A stretch of 64,000 bases of DNA from the sequence record NC_016163.1; one strand, written 5' to 3'. The notes below the pieces were generated by a model that worked only from the letters and a program-made list of their open reading frames with translations, searched no databases and was not told the origin of the DNA. How positions within the stretch are numbered: position 1 is the first letter of the stretch; each line of letters opens with the position of its first letter. Below are positions 39,623 through 50,141 of the stretch, in pieces. A program made the position numbers and the translations under genes.

Positions 39623-39962
39623 AATGAAACTCACTAAAAACGCTAAGATATCTGGTATGGCTGGCAATTACATAGATGATGTATTTACCACTCAATCATC
39701 TATATTAATGGGCACTAATTTTATTCTTACCTATGATTGGTTAAAGATAGGGGTAAGTGCTCCTGATTCTGAATATATTGAATTTACACTAACTGAGGGG
39801 ATAGAATCCTATCAACTGATTATATGTGATAATATTCTGATTGATTTTATCAGTAATAAATCAGATGATTTTTATATTCAATATTATTATTCTTTAAGAA
39901 ATATTAATAAAAGGATAAAAAATGCTTGTGGTTCGATTTCCTATAGTTCACCATACTCTTAA
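39588..39962 (+). CDS. hypothetical protein
   Basis: Overlapping operon gene. Confidence 0.65.
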   Translation: MKFEEIEYLMFKMKLTKNAKISGMAGNYIDDVFTTQSSILMGTNFILTYDWLKIGVSAPDSEYIEFTLTEGIESYQLIICDNILIDFISNKSDDFYIQYYYSLRNINKRIKNACGSISYSSPYS

Positions 39963-40272
39963 TTATGATAGAGTAGTGTTAACATCAATAAATGTAGAAA
40001 GAATACATGATTTCATAAATTCTGCAGCAGAAGTAGCTTATGAAAAAATTATAGCATCATATACATATAATATACGTTTAAAATTTCTTAATGGTAAACT
40101 TATAGAAAATGTAATATTATCGGGTAGTATGGAAAGAATCGTTTCAGAATTAATGATTTCAAAAGTACCAGAGGTAGGCGGCGAAATTTACAGAATTGAA
40201 TTATCTATGGATTTCTTATCATGGGATAAAACAAAGTATCATTTTACATATGAAGGAGATTTCATTTGTTAA
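39922..40272 (+). CDS. hypothetical protein
   Basis: Overlapping operon gene. Confidence 0.65.
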   Translation: MLVVRFPIVHHTLNYDRVVLTSINVERIHDFINSAAEVAYEKIIASYTYNIRLKFLNGKLIENVILSGSMERIVSELMISKVPEVGGEIYRIELSMDFLSWDKTKYHFTYEGDFIC

Positions 40273-40625
40273 AAATAAAACTTAAAAGTGAAAATGGTGT
40301 GCTAGCATTAAAACTTCATAGATGTTTTGTAGCCAGACATAGAAGTGTATATTTTGAAACAGAATATCTTTCTAACTCTTATGCTGAAATACATAATACC
40401 GAATTAAGAATTACATTTTCAATTGATGCATTATCAGACAAAAATCTGGTAAAAATCATTCATATTCCAGGAGGAATGTCTTTTCTAAATACTATTTGTA
40501 CAGACGATAAAAGTGCAGGATTTCATATAAGAAAAAACAGTGGAATTTTGTCTAATAAGATCCTTATGAAATTTAGTAATAAGGTATCTAGAAAGCATCT
40601 TTATAGCGCTATGGGAATATACTAA
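40266..40625 (+). CDS. hypothetical protein
   Basis: GGAG RBS, overlap with upstream gene. Confidence 0.65.
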   Translation: MLKIKLKSENGVLALKLHRCFVARHRSVYFETEYLSNSYAEIHNTELRITFSIDALSDKNLVKIIHIPGGMSFLNTICTDDKSAGFHIRKNSGILSNKILMKFSNKVSRKHLYSAMGIY

Positions 40626-40945
40626 TGATGTTATTCAAGGCTTATAATGGAACTAAAGATGGCTTTGATATACAAAGGATAATTGCATTGGATATCGAAG
40701 ATGCAAAAGAATTGGATATAACTGTAGGAGAACATAAATTCTATATTTTCATTAGAAGTACTGGTAGGAATGCATCATGCTATGAAGAATTAAGTGGATT
40801 ACTTACTGCTAGAAATTCAATATACATCGACCATTCAAAAGATGATTTTTTAGATGTCCTTCTTCCAGAGTTTAAAAAACCTCTGATTTATCAAAAGAGA
40901 TTTAATCGACCTCAAAAGATCAATATAAATGTAAGGATTGTTTAA
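40625..40945 (+). CDS. hypothetical protein
   Basis: TAATG coupling. Confidence 0.7.
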   Translation: MMLFKAYNGTKDGFDIQRIIALDIEDAKELDITVGEHKFYIFIRSTGRNASCYEELSGLLTARNSIYIDHSKDDFLDVLLPEFKKPLIYQKRFNRPQKININVRIV

Positions 40946-41265
40946 TGCTACTAATTAAAGGAACTCTTGGAGGTGATGAAGTATCTAGTTATTCAGATGT
41001 AAAACCCCCTAAAACAAACGTCGAGAATAATTATGATGAAATTAGTGACCATCTAATTGAAATAAGCCAAACTATAGTAGTTAGTATTTTTTATAACTAT
41101 GTAGATAATAGGCAATCTAGCTATTTTTCCGCATTAATTCTAAAAGTAGAAACCGATATAGTCATTCCGGCCTCATTTGATTTTATATTCTATGTAAGAA
41201 ATAAAAGAAGAATTGTTAGTGAGGTTAATTTGAAAAGGAAATTTATGGATAAAAGTATTCTATGA
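40945..41265 (+). CDS. hypothetical protein
   Basis: TAATG coupling. Confidence 0.7.
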   Translation: MLLIKGTLGGDEVSSYSDVKPPKTNVENNYDEISDHLIEISQTIVVSIFYNYVDNRQSSYFSALILKVETDIVIPASFDFIFYVRNKRRIVSEVNLKRKFMDKSIL

Positions 41266-41528
41266 AGATATTTAAAAGGCCTGAATCTAGTGTAATAGGA
41301 ATTAGCTCCAATCCAATTAATGCAGTTTATCATAGGTCTATAGAGTATTTATTCACTAAAATAGGCGGAGATTTACTCTGTCCAGACCCTATAACTATCA
41401 GAACTCATCCAATATGGATACTAGAAACAACTAAAATATTAAAGCCTACTTATGATATAAGCTATAAAGTGATGATTGATCATGAAAAATATAGAGATAT
41501 AAGATTCTTTATATTTGCTAAAAAATAA
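41262..41528 (+). CDS. hypothetical protein
   Basis: ATGA coupling. Confidence 0.7.
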   Translation: MKIFKRPESSVIGISSNPINAVYHRSIEYLFTKIGGDLLCPDPITIRTHPIWILETTKILKPTYDISYKVMIDHEKYRDIRFFIFAKK

Positions 41529-41576
41529 AATAAAAATATATTATAAATAAGAATACTAATAAATGAGGAAAATGTA

Positions 41577-43427
41577 ATGGAAGTCTATTCTAGAAATGGT
41601 TTAGTAGAAATTATTACATATAAAGATCGTTCTCCAAGAGGTGAGAAACTTTATATTCTGTGTCGAAATCTTGCTAATAAAATTGATAAGGTAATTGTAA
41701 CTGCAGCCAAAGATAGCAATATTCCTTTAAATGCTATTTTACCGCTTCAATTCTCTTTTGAGTTTTTACATACAAAGATGCGATTCAATGTAAATTTTAA
41801 ATTTCAAGGAAATGCGGTATATAAAGAATTTCTTAAATATAAAAATGCTATTGGATTTATCGAAGAAAACCCCCAAGATCCAAAAGTAACGGAAACACGT
41901 TTAATTGATTATATTAGTAATGCTTTACAATACGTATCTCGTAAAGATTCTTCTGTAGAAGATAATATTCGTTATAAAGAATTCGCTACTAAAGGTCTTG
42001 TACCCGGTAACTTCCAAGTCAATTTCCGAAATCTTAAAAAGGATTTAGGGTTAATTGGAAATTTAACATGGATGGTATGTGAGTCTCTAGGTGAGATTGA
42101 TACTGATGAAGTGATTGAAAAAGAAATTGAGCAAGGCGCTCCTTCAGTTCCTGCATCTGGTTACAAATATGAACCTTATAAATATAGTAGCTCTCCAAAC
42201 ACAAAATTCGATTATTTTGTTAATTTAAAAGCACCGCTTAATGATAGAAATGATATTAATCGAGGGTGGACACGTCTTCTTAAGGAAAATCTTGAAAAGA
42301 CATCCGTTATGATTAATAAACTGATGAACCTTACAGCTGAAAAGAAAGTTTTATTTGGTTTGGCATGTACGTCAGATTTAGTAGGTAAAGCCACACTATA
42401 TTTGTATGTACCTACCTTAGATACTCTTGTAAGGGAACTGCCATCCGACCGAGTTATCAATACAGTTAAAATTGATGAAAATACTGATTATCTTCAGGCT
42501 TTAGCTACATTAGTTAAAATGGAACCTAATGAATTAGTAAAATCCGTTAGGAACTTTTCATCATTTAATATTCTTATGACAATTATTCTTAAGCCATATG
42601 AATTCTTTAATATTAATAGTAGTCTAAAGAAAGATAAAAAATATTATGAAAGTCCATATGCTATTCTAAAAGATCAATTTGAAAATTTCTTTAAGTATCA
42701 TACTAAATGTTATGAATTGGAATTGAAGGTTGATGAAGGAACTATCTTTAGAAATATAAGTTTTAAAAATTCTATACGAAATGTCAATGTATCCCTAGGG
42801 AAGTATAGACTTCATACTATGCTTGAAATAAATAATAATTTACAATTTTCAATAGGTTTTGATTTTACTTCTGACAAATGTAAATTGGGAGATATGCTGG
42901 ATAAAGCTCGTATAGTTTCTATTTTAGAATGTATCCGAGGCTTTACAGCAATTACTAACCGTATAGGTAATTTGAAAGAGGATGAAAAGTTTCTACCGAA
43001 ACTACGTGTATATTTCAATAATACTAAAGATCTTTCCAAGTCAGATAATATTATTACCTATGTAGGCTCTAATAATGTTAATAACTTTGTTATCAAAACT
43101 ATTAACATCTTAGATAATACTGTTAAAGAACCTAAGATCAATCTCGATCAGATTAATTTAGCTTTTGAAACTTTTGTAGCCATTAATTTAATGAGTGAAG
43201 AATTTTATATTTCTTTAAATAATTCTGACCCTGCTAAAGTCCTTGGAAGTTTTATATTGGAGAAGAAGGATGAAATTGAAGAAAAACTTGCAAAAGTGTA
43301 TAGTAATGCCGCTAGAATGGATGATCGGCTTGCTAAAGAGTTTGTACTCGATTCCCTTTCTAATCGCCTTCATAATGTTTGTTTATCGAAGATTGACTTC
43401 TACCGTAACAAAGCCGTTTTGAAATAG
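41577..43427 (+). CDS. large hypothetical protein (616 aa)
   Basis: GAGG RBS, early-like motif at 41535-41554; no recognisable motif. Confidence 0.8.
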   Translation: MEVYSRNGLVEIITYKDRSPRGEKLYILCRNLANKIDKVIVTAAKDSNIPLNAILPLQFSFEFLHTKMRFNVNFKFQGNAVYKEFLKYKNAIGFIEENPQDPKVTETRLIDYISNALQYVSRKDSSVEDNIRYKEFATKGLVPGNFQVNFRNLKKDLGLIGNLTWMVCESLGEIDTDEVIEKEIEQGAPSVPASGYKYEPYKYSSSPNTKFDYFVNLKAPLNDRNDINRGWTRLLKENLEKTSVMINKLMNLTAEKKVLFGLACTSDLVGKATLYLYVPTLDTLVRELPSDRVINTVKIDENTDYLQALATLVKMEPNELVKSVRNFSSFNILMTIILKPYEFFNINSSLKKDKKYYESPYAILKDQFENFFKYHTKCYELELKVDEGTIFRNISFKNSIRNVNVSLGKYRLHTMLEINNNLQFSIGFDFTSDKCKLGDMLDKARIVSILECIRGFTAITNRIGNLKEDEKFLPKLRVYFNNTKDLSKSDNIITYVGSNNVNNFVIKTINILDNTVKEPKINLDQINLAFETFVAINLMSEEFYISLNNSDPAKVLGSFILEKKDEIEEKLAKVYSNAARMDDRLAKEFVLDSLSNRLHNVCLSKIDFYRNKAVLK

Positions 43428-43526
43428 ATATTATTTTAGTGAGAGGAAAAAGATATTAATGGAAAACTATATCTTTTTCCACAATTAACTTATTGAAAGA
43501 AGTTTCATAAAAAGAGGAATAAAGCA

Positions 43527-44864
43527 ATGCCAGAGATGAATCCGGATACTATTCGCAATCAGGTTATCGAAATCGCTAAAGGTGAAGCGGTTATCACTGT
43601 TCCAAATCCGGTTCCTTGCAGCCTGGATACTTTCCTGTCTGCCATGACTTCTCCTGAAGTCGTAATCAACACTTTCCTGCCAAGTGATCTCTATGACAAA
43701 GACTCTCTGAATGAAGAAGAATTCAAAGAGATCGCTTTCAGCGTTTACACTAACGTGCTGTCATACACTTACGGCGCTACCAACGTTGTACCTTTCAGCT
43801 TCGACGACAACTGTCCACCGCTGGCCCGTCAGAACCTACTGCTGCAAAACTTCATTGAAGCTGGCGGCACCAAAGAAACTCTGGACGTTCTGGGCGTAAA
43901 AGGTTTTGAGAAAGCTTTTTCTATGCTCCTGCTGCCGCTGGGTATCGCTCAGTGTGCTAACATGACTGATGTTCGTAAGAGCATCGAAGCCCTGAACAAA
44001 ATCAACGATGGCGAAGACCGTATTAAAAATAACATCAACGTTATTATGGGCTTCAACATTCCACTGGAAACCAGTCTTGATGATATTGAAGCGCTGGCGC
44101 GTGAAGGTAACATCGACGTTAACCTGTTCCTGGCTCGTCAGAAACCGGAATTCAATACCGTTGAAGTAATTCATCGCTTCAAAGAATTCCTGGATCCTTC
44201 CCGCGTTATGATTCAGGTTGATTTCACTGAAGACGCTTTCCGTACTTTGCTGGATGAAGGTTATTTCAGCGATGTACGTGATCAGCTCTTCACGGTTGCT
44301 AATCCAATGATCATGGAGCTGGCTGATCTGCGTGAGAAGTATTGGGATAAATTCTCATGGGAACGTGCGCTGGTTAAGTACACTTTCTCTGAAGAAATCC
44401 TGAATCGTATTATCAGTGAAGGTAAAATGAACTGGGCTGTAGCTTCTGTGTTCCAGGTAATGTCTGATGAAATGATTCTCGCTAACAACGATGAAATCAC
44501 TTTCTGGCGTCCTGAGTTCAACTTTGACTACTGGTTCAAGGGTGAAAACGACAATAAAGAACTGCGTGCAGAATACGCTAAGCATACTCCTACCAACGAA
44601 ACTGTTGCATGGAATGAAGTTATCCGTCGTCATAAAGACAAGCAGGAACTTCTGATGCTGGCTGCAATCACCGTTTCTGAAATGCCGATTGCTGTTGAAC
44701 TGACTGACGAAAGCGGTTCCACCGTTGAATCCCGTGTAAGTAACCCGCAAAATGATAAACCAGTTGATCAGCGCATCAAACACAAACTTCTAATTCCAGA
44801 AGTAGTGGATGGTAAACTTCAGTATTCTGAAGAAAAAGATCTCTCTAACTTTTATGAAGGTTAA
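43527..44864 (+). CDS. early protein with host-optimised codons and tryptophan-repeat-like C-terminal region
   Basis: CTG/CGT/AAC/TTC-rich; W-----Y-FSEE-L..K-NW--AS-FQ-MSDE-I repeats; UUCG terminator downstream. Confidence 0.8.
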   Translation: MPEMNPDTIRNQVIEIAKGEAVITVPNPVPCSLDTFLSAMTSPEVVINTFLPSDLYDKDSLNEEEFKEIAFSVYTNVLSYTYGATNVVPFSFDDNCPPLARQNLLLQNFIEAGGTKETLDVLGVKGFEKAFSMLLLPLGIAQCANMTDVRKSIEALNKINDGEDRIKNNINVIMGFNIPLETSLDDIEALAREGNIDVNLFLARQKPEFNTVEVIHRFKEFLDPSRVMIQVDFTEDAFRTLLDEGYFSDVRDQLFTVANPMIMELADLREKYWDKFSWERALVKYTFSEEILNRIISEGKMNWAVASVFQVMSDEMILANNDEITFWRPEFNFDYWFKGENDNKELRAEYAKHTPTNETVAWNEVIRRHKDKQELLMLAAITVSEMPIAVELTDESGSTVESRVSNPQNDKPVDQRIKHKLLIPEVVDGKLQYSEEKDLSNFYEG

Positions 44865-44873
44865 TTGATCTAT

Positions 44874-44907
44874 AAAAGATCCTCTTCGGAGGATCTTTTT
44901 TTTTTTT
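44874..44907 (+). terminator. intrinsic terminator with cUUCGg loop
   Basis: AAAAGATCCTC-TTCG-GAGGATCTTTT plus T run. Confidence 0.9.
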
Positions 44908-45014
44908 ATATTCTTTTTATGTATATATAATTATAAGGATATTAAAGGAATTTAAAAAGTTTCCTTTAACCTAACAAATATTTGTATATCACAATAAACA
45001 GAGGAATATAAGTT

Positions 45015-45224
45015 ATGGCTGAAAACATTGTTCAGCAATCCCTTGAGGAAGTATTTGCAGAACGTTTCAAAACTTATGGTAGTGAAACTGTAAAAGAACG
45101 TTCTATTCCTTCTGTAGAAGATGGATTCTTACCCGTAATGCGTCGTATTATTTATACTATGTATAAAGAAGGTGCTTATCCACGTTTTACTAAAGCTGCT
45201 CAATTTGTAGGTACTACTATTGGT
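45015..45224 (+). CDS. gyrA: DNA gyrase subunit A, exon 1
   Basis: YGSETVKERSIPSVEDGFLPVMRRIIYTM..KAAQFVGTTIG. Confidence 0.93.
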
Positions 45225-46514
45225 TAACTTATATCTTTTTAGTACTATCTAGTGATGTATCCTCCCAAAATTGATCCCTAACAGTGTTTTAGTATCTATA
45301 AGGATCAATTATGAAAAGTAAATCAAAACAACTTAAGATAATTAGCAAGAAGTATTTAAATGCATTAGATTTCTATTATAGTAATGACCATTCGGCAACT
45401 TTTGTAGCCAAAAAATTTCAGCTATCAAAAAATACTTTGTTGAGAATGGTTCGTCTTGGAAATTTTGAAGAATTACCTGATGGTAATATAGCTGAAAAAG
45501 ATCAAGATTATTATATGTGGAAAAATATAATGCATATTTACAAAACTACTAATAAATCGGCTAATGAATTATGTCTAGAATTCAATGTAGGTAAATCATC
45601 CTTTGCTAAAAATCTTAAATATTTTAATTTAAGTTATAAAGGTAGGAGTAACCTGATTGAATTTAAAAGAGATATATTTTCTAAAATAGATTCAAGCGAT
45701 AAAGCATACTGGCTTGGGTTTATTTTAGCTGATGGTTGCATTTATAAAAATGAATTGCGGCTTAAATTAGGGAAAGTAGATTACGTTCATTTGCAAAAAT
45801 ATTGTGATTTTTTAGGGCTGAGTCATAATCATATTGTTAAAGATGCACATACAATAAAAGTAATTGTATGTGATAAAAAAATGATTATCGATCTTAATAA
45901 ATTAAATATTTTTTCTAAAAAATCATGTAAAGAAATTCCACCCATAATAGATCCTATTTTTCATAGAGATCTATTACGTGGATTCTTTGATGGCGATGGA
46001 TGTATTAAAACAAATCTTGCTTCAATATCTTTAGTAGGTAGTAAGGATATGATGGATTTCTGCAATAAAGTATTCCATGAAGAATTAGGAATACCTTTAG
46101 GTAAAGTCTATTCAGATAAAAAAGTTTATAGATTGGCTTGGTATAGTCTTTTCAATAAACAAAGTATCCTTAGTTGGTTATATGATGGGAGTCATACATA
46201 TTTAGATAGGAAATTTAGCTTAGCTAAAAAGATTGGCCGTCTATGAAAGTAATTTTATAGATTATTATTGGGGAAGAAAACGGGAAGGGTTTAGCTATCC
46301 TAATCCGACTGGAAGGCTATATTTAAAAGTATAGTCACAGGCAACGCATAGTAGGTGAACCTTATAGCGATATAAGAATATAATCCTGCCACGAGTCCCC
46401 GACATCCTATATAGGATGAAAAGATATGCTAGGCTGGATTGGAAAAGACCAATCGATGAAAATGAGGGAAACCTCCAGAGAGTAAGATAAAAAGCTTACT
46501 GTTAATAACTACCG
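45225..46514 (+). mobile_element. group I intron in gyrA (1290 nt)
   Basis: GGT|TAAC..ACCG|CGT; core after the ORF (GAAAACGGGAAG, TAATCCG, R CAACGCATAG pairing with S AAGATATGC); splicing restores IG-RYHPHGD. Confidence 0.9.
45311..46246 (+). CDS. intron-encoded LAGLIDADG homing endonuclease with N-terminal HTH-like repeats
   Basis: AYWLGFILADG and LLRGFFDGDG motifs. Confidence 0.9.
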   Translation: MKSKSKQLKIISKKYLNALDFYYSNDHSATFVAKKFQLSKNTLLRMVRLGNFEELPDGNIAEKDQDYYMWKNIMHIYKTTNKSANELCLEFNVGKSSFAKNLKYFNLSYKGRSNLIEFKRDIFSKIDSSDKAYWLGFILADGCIYKNELRLKLGKVDYVHLQKYCDFLGLSHNHIVKDAHTIKVIVCDKKMIIDLNKLNIFSKKSCKEIPPIIDPIFHRDLLRGFFDGDGCIKTNLASISLVGSKDMMDFCNKVFHEELGIPLGKVYSDKKVYRLAWYSLFNKQSILSWLYDGSHTYLDRKFSLAKKIGRL

Positions 46515-48803
46515 CGTTACCACCCTCACGGTGATAGTTCTTGCTATGAATCAATGGTTGGTATGTCTCAAGGATTCCGTAAATTGAATCCACTTATTGA
46601 CCCTCAAGGTAATAATGGTTCAGTAGATGATTTTAAGTCATTTGCGGCAATGCGATATCTTGAACTGCGTCTTTCTGCTTTTACAAGAGATGTATTCTTC
46701 TCTAACTTCTCTGAGAAGAATAATAACTTCGTTCCTAACTATGATAAAACTCATTTGGAACCGGAAGTATTTACTCCAGTAATTCCAACCATTTTAAATA
46801 ACGGTATTACCGCTATTGCATCAGGCTTCGTCTGTAACCTTCCAACACATCGTGTAACGGATATTGTAGAAGTTACTAAACGTCTGATTGCTGATGCAGA
46901 CATTAGTGATAAAGAACTAGCTAAAGGTTTTTATCCAGACTTTCCTTTAGGTGCCACTATCATTAACCGTGATGACCTGATTGATATGTACACCAAAGGT
47001 CAAGGTGTAATTCAGGTTCAGGCAACATTAGAAGATGGCGATTTTAAAGGTAAGCCAGCTATTATTGTACGTGATCTTCCTCCAGAAGTAAGCGTTAACA
47101 AAATACTTGAACAAATTCGTTTTGGTCTTACGCCAGAAGATGTTAAAAAAGCTAAGAAAAAGAAAACTCTTACTAAACCTGGATGCCTAATTGAGCTTAT
47201 TCAGGATGTTAAAGATATCAGTACCAAAAAAGAAGGTATCGGTATCGCATTACTTCTTAAAAAAGGTGTAGATTCCGGTACCGTTAAAAACGTATTGTAT
47301 AAATCTACAAGTCTACGTTATTCTGTAAAATATCAGGCTAACGTACTTATTGAAGGTAAGCTAGAATCTAACTGTTCTCTTAAGAAACTACTCAGTACTT
47401 GGGTGGCTTTCCGTCGCAATACAGTTCGTCGTATTCTTAATATTAAGATTGCAGATTATTCTGAACAGCAATCTCTTAAACAAGCTTTAATTAAAGCCCT
47501 AGGCAAGATCGATAAAGTTATCGAAATTGTTCAAAATGCATCTGATAAGAAAGAAGCTATTGATAAAATTCGTAAGCTTCTCTCAATTGGATTCAACCAA
47601 GCAACATATATCGTTGAAACCAAACTTTATCAGCTATCAAAAATGTCTGTCCAAGATCTTAAAGACGAAATTAAGACTCTTGGAGAAAAGATTAAAGAAT
47701 CCGTAGAAACTATTTCTGATGATCATCGTATTGATGAAATCATTGTAGAAGAAATGGATAGAATTATTGAGAAACACTGTAAGAAAGAAAAACGTACTAC
47801 AGATGTAATCAATATTACTAGCTCTCTTGATGATGTTAAAGCTTTTGTTCAACCAGAGAATTTAGTAATTGGTTTTGCTAAAGAAATGGATGATTTGGAT
47901 AATGCAGGTTATTCCTCTAATGCTTATGTATTTGCCAAATCAACTGATGAAATCATTTCTGGTGATACTCGCGGTCGTAAAGGTCAGAATTTTGTACCTA
48001 GTACGGTTAAGAAAGTAATTATTGAGACATTCACTGTAAATACTCATGATTATATTCTATGCTTTACTACTGACGGTAAATTGATTATTCGTCAGGGATA
48101 TGAATTCAATATGTGGAATAAACCTATTGGGGCTATTCTTAATCTGGAAGGTCGCCGTATTAGTACTATTATTCCTATCACTGAAAAAGATCTAGACAAA
48201 TATCTTGTATTTGTCACTGAAGCAGGTTATATGAAACGTATCCCTGTTGATGGATTTGATCTTAATCGTAAAGCGGCAGTTATTGCTATTAAACCTACAG
48301 AGGGCGATATTCTTAAAGCCGTATCTTTGTCTCTTTCTGAGATTGATAATGTGTTTGTATACTCTAATGAGGGTAAGGCTCAACGTCTGTTAGCTTCTCA
48401 GATTGATGAAATGACCAGAGCATCTGCCGGACGTTGCCGTTTGACACTAGGTGAAGATGAATACGTAGTAGGTCTAACTGTAGGTAATACAGATACTACT
48501 AAAATTCTGATGTGTGCAAGTAATGGTAAAGGTAAGATCATTGACCTTGAAGAATTCCCACTTCGTCGTGGTGATAAAGGTCGTCGTTCTATGCTTAAAG
48601 CAATTACTCTGGCAGAAGGGGAAATGCTTATTGGAGCTTTGATTGTCAAAGAAGAAGATTCTGTAGCATTCAATACTTCTAATAACAAAATTGTGTCTCT
48701 GAATGTAGCTAATGTTACCACTCTTGGACGTAATGCCAAAGGTATGACTCTAGCTAAGCCAAGTGAAGGTGAGATTATTACATCCATCACTTATTCTAAT
48801 TAA
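46515..48803 (+). CDS. gyrA: DNA gyrase subunit A, exon 2 (spliced product 832 aa)
   Basis: RYHPHGD, AAMRY catalytic Tyr, NGITAIASG, GyrA-box-like TRGRKG, C-terminal pinwheel repeats. Confidence 0.95.
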   Translation, partial: RYHPHGDSSCYESMVGMSQGFRKLNPLIDPQGNNGSVDDFKSFAAMRYLELRLSAFTRDVFFSNFSEKNNNFVPNYDKTHLEPEVFTPVIPTILNNGITAIASGFVCNLPTHRVTDIVEVTKRLIADADISDKELAKGFYPDFPLGATIINRDDLIDMYTKGQGVIQVQATLEDGDFKGKPAIIVRDLPPEVSVNKILEQIRFGLTPEDVKKAKKKKTLTKPGCLIELIQDVKDISTKKEGIGIALLLKKGVDSGTVKNVLYKSTSLRYSVKYQANVLIEGKLESNCSLKKLLSTWVAFRRNTVRRILNIKIADYSEQQSLKQALIKALGKIDKVIEIVQNASDKKEAIDKIRKLLSIGFNQATYIVETKLYQLSKMSVQDLKDEIKTLGEKIKESVETISDDHRIDEIIVEEMDRIIEKHCKKEKRTTDVINITSSLDDVKAFVQPENLVIGFAKEMDDLDNAGYSSNAYVFAKSTDEIISGDTRGRKGQNFVPSTVKKVIIETFTVNTHDYILCFTTDGKLIIRQGYEFNMWNKPIGAILNLEGRRISTIIPITEKDLDKYLVFVTEAGYMKRIPVDGFDLNRKAAVIAIKPTEGDILKAVSLSLSEIDNVFVYSNEGKAQRLLASQIDEMTRASAGRCRLTLGEDEYVVGLTVGNTDTTKILMCASNGKGKIIDLEEFPLRRGDKGRRSMLKAITLAEGEMLIGALIVKEEDSVAFNTSNNKIVSLNVANVTTLGRNAKGMTLAKPSEGEIITSITYSN

Positions 48804-48887
48804 TTAAGTCAAAAGGGTATAAGGATTAATTTCCTTATACCCTATATTTTTTTATTTCAAAAGTTTCGTAAGTAAATAATTTTTAAA

Positions 48888-48907
48888 TATATATTATAAT
48901 TATGATA
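48888..48907 (+). promoter_or_regulatory. early-type promoter motif
   Basis: TATATATTATA-ATTA-TGATA. Confidence 0.6.
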
Positions 48908-48996
48908 ATCAAGATGATTATCATCTATTATGAGGAAGCATATTAGATAATATTTAAATTAAATAACTGTACGCAAACTTTTTGGAGGTATAACCT

Positions 48997-49281
48997 ATGT
49001 TCGTAACTAAGTTATTAAATAAGTTCTTTAAAAAGGATGCAAAGCAGAATAAAGCCACTAAGACCCCGAATGATGATTTATTCAGAGGTCAAATTCAAAA
49101 AGGTATTGATATCCAGGTACCTAACAAGCTAATAGACCAGACTCCAAAATTTATCAGGCATGAAGATCCTCAGCCTATAACATTTAACAAGACTCAAAAT
49201 AAGAGTCGGAAGCAGTCTAAAAGCAACTATTTGCGTGCTAAAGTACGACCTAACTCTCGTACTCAGAACGCCGGTCTTTAA
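48997..49281 (+). CDS. hypothetical basic protein
   Basis: GGAGG RBS, 94 aa. Confidence 0.75.
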   Translation: MFVTKLLNKFFKKDAKQNKATKTPNDDLFRGQIQKGIDIQVPNKLIDQTPKFIRHEDPQPITFNKTQNKSRKQSKSNYLRAKVRPNSRTQNAGL

Positions 49282-49407
49282 TTTTTAACCAACGGCAATG
49301 GGGGTGTTAATACACCCCCTTACACATTTCACACACTCGGAGAATTCTAAGCAAGCTATAAATGCGTCCTTAGTCGACAATAATAAACTATAGGAAAGAA
49401 CCCAAAA

Positions 49408-50124
49408 ATGTTTACCACAATAAAAGATTATTTAATTGGAAGTACTATTAAGGCTGTGATATTCACACTAGCAATGGTCTCCGTAACAGTAGGTATTTCG
49501 ATTCCGGTAACTCCAGCTTCTACCATAGGAACTCCTACTCCAGATTTATCTGAATCAGATATTCAGAACTTGATTAAAGAAGCTGATGCACGTAATAAAG
49601 AACTCACAACTCCCGCTAAACCTACAGGAGCGTTCTTTAATCCTAAACCCGTAGCTGAAAACAGCAAAATGTATGATGGGTTTCGAATGGATGATATAGT
49701 AGATTTGATCTACTATCAACACAACAAAATTGTCGAGAGAGAAAAAATCTCTAATCTTGTACAAATAGTTATAGAGGAAGCACCTAAATATGGCAATCCG
49801 CCAATACACGTAGTATTAGCTATTATCAATAAAGAAAGTACATGGAATTCCAAAGCACGTTCTGGTAGCTCATATGGGCCTATGCAAGTACATTATCGTG
49901 TATGGGGTGACTACTGTAACTTAGATTCAGCAAAGAGTTTATATAACCCCAGAATAGGGGTACGATGTGGCTTAAAAGTCTTTACCTATTATTTGGAAGC
50001 AAATAATGGAAATGTAAATAAAACCTTGCAACGATATCGAGGAAGCGATTCTCGAACAAATAATCGATATGCAAGAGACGTTTTGCGAACTGCAAATAAA
50101 ATAAAAACTGTTTTATCTTCTTAA
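49408..50124 (+). CDS. membrane-anchored SLT lytic transglycosylase
   Basis: LAIINKES..SYGPMQV..LYNPRIGV..RYRG; N-terminal hydrophobic segment. Confidence 0.85.
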   Translation: MFTTIKDYLIGSTIKAVIFTLAMVSVTVGISIPVTPASTIGTPTPDLSESDIQNLIKEADARNKELTTPAKPTGAFFNPKPVAENSKMYDGFRMDDIVDLIYYQHNKIVEREKISNLVQIVIEEAPKYGNPPIHVVLAIINKESTWNSKARSGSSYGPMQVHYRVWGDYCNLDSAKSLYNPRIGVRCGLKVFTYYLEANNGNVNKTLQRYRGSDSRTNNRYARDVLRTANKIKTVLSS

Positions 50125-50141
50125 TAAGATAAGGAATAATT

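Noticed and set aside
43527-44864. Chimallin (phage nucleus shell) candidate because of early position and optimised codons
   Set aside because: Shorter than known chimallins, no recognisable similarity, and the promoter style points to AR9-like phages rather than nucleus formers
49290-49400. tRNA or terminator in the GC-hairpin intergenic region
   Set aside because: No cloverleaf, T-loop or CCA, and the hairpin lacks a U-tract; mentioned only as a possible leader structure
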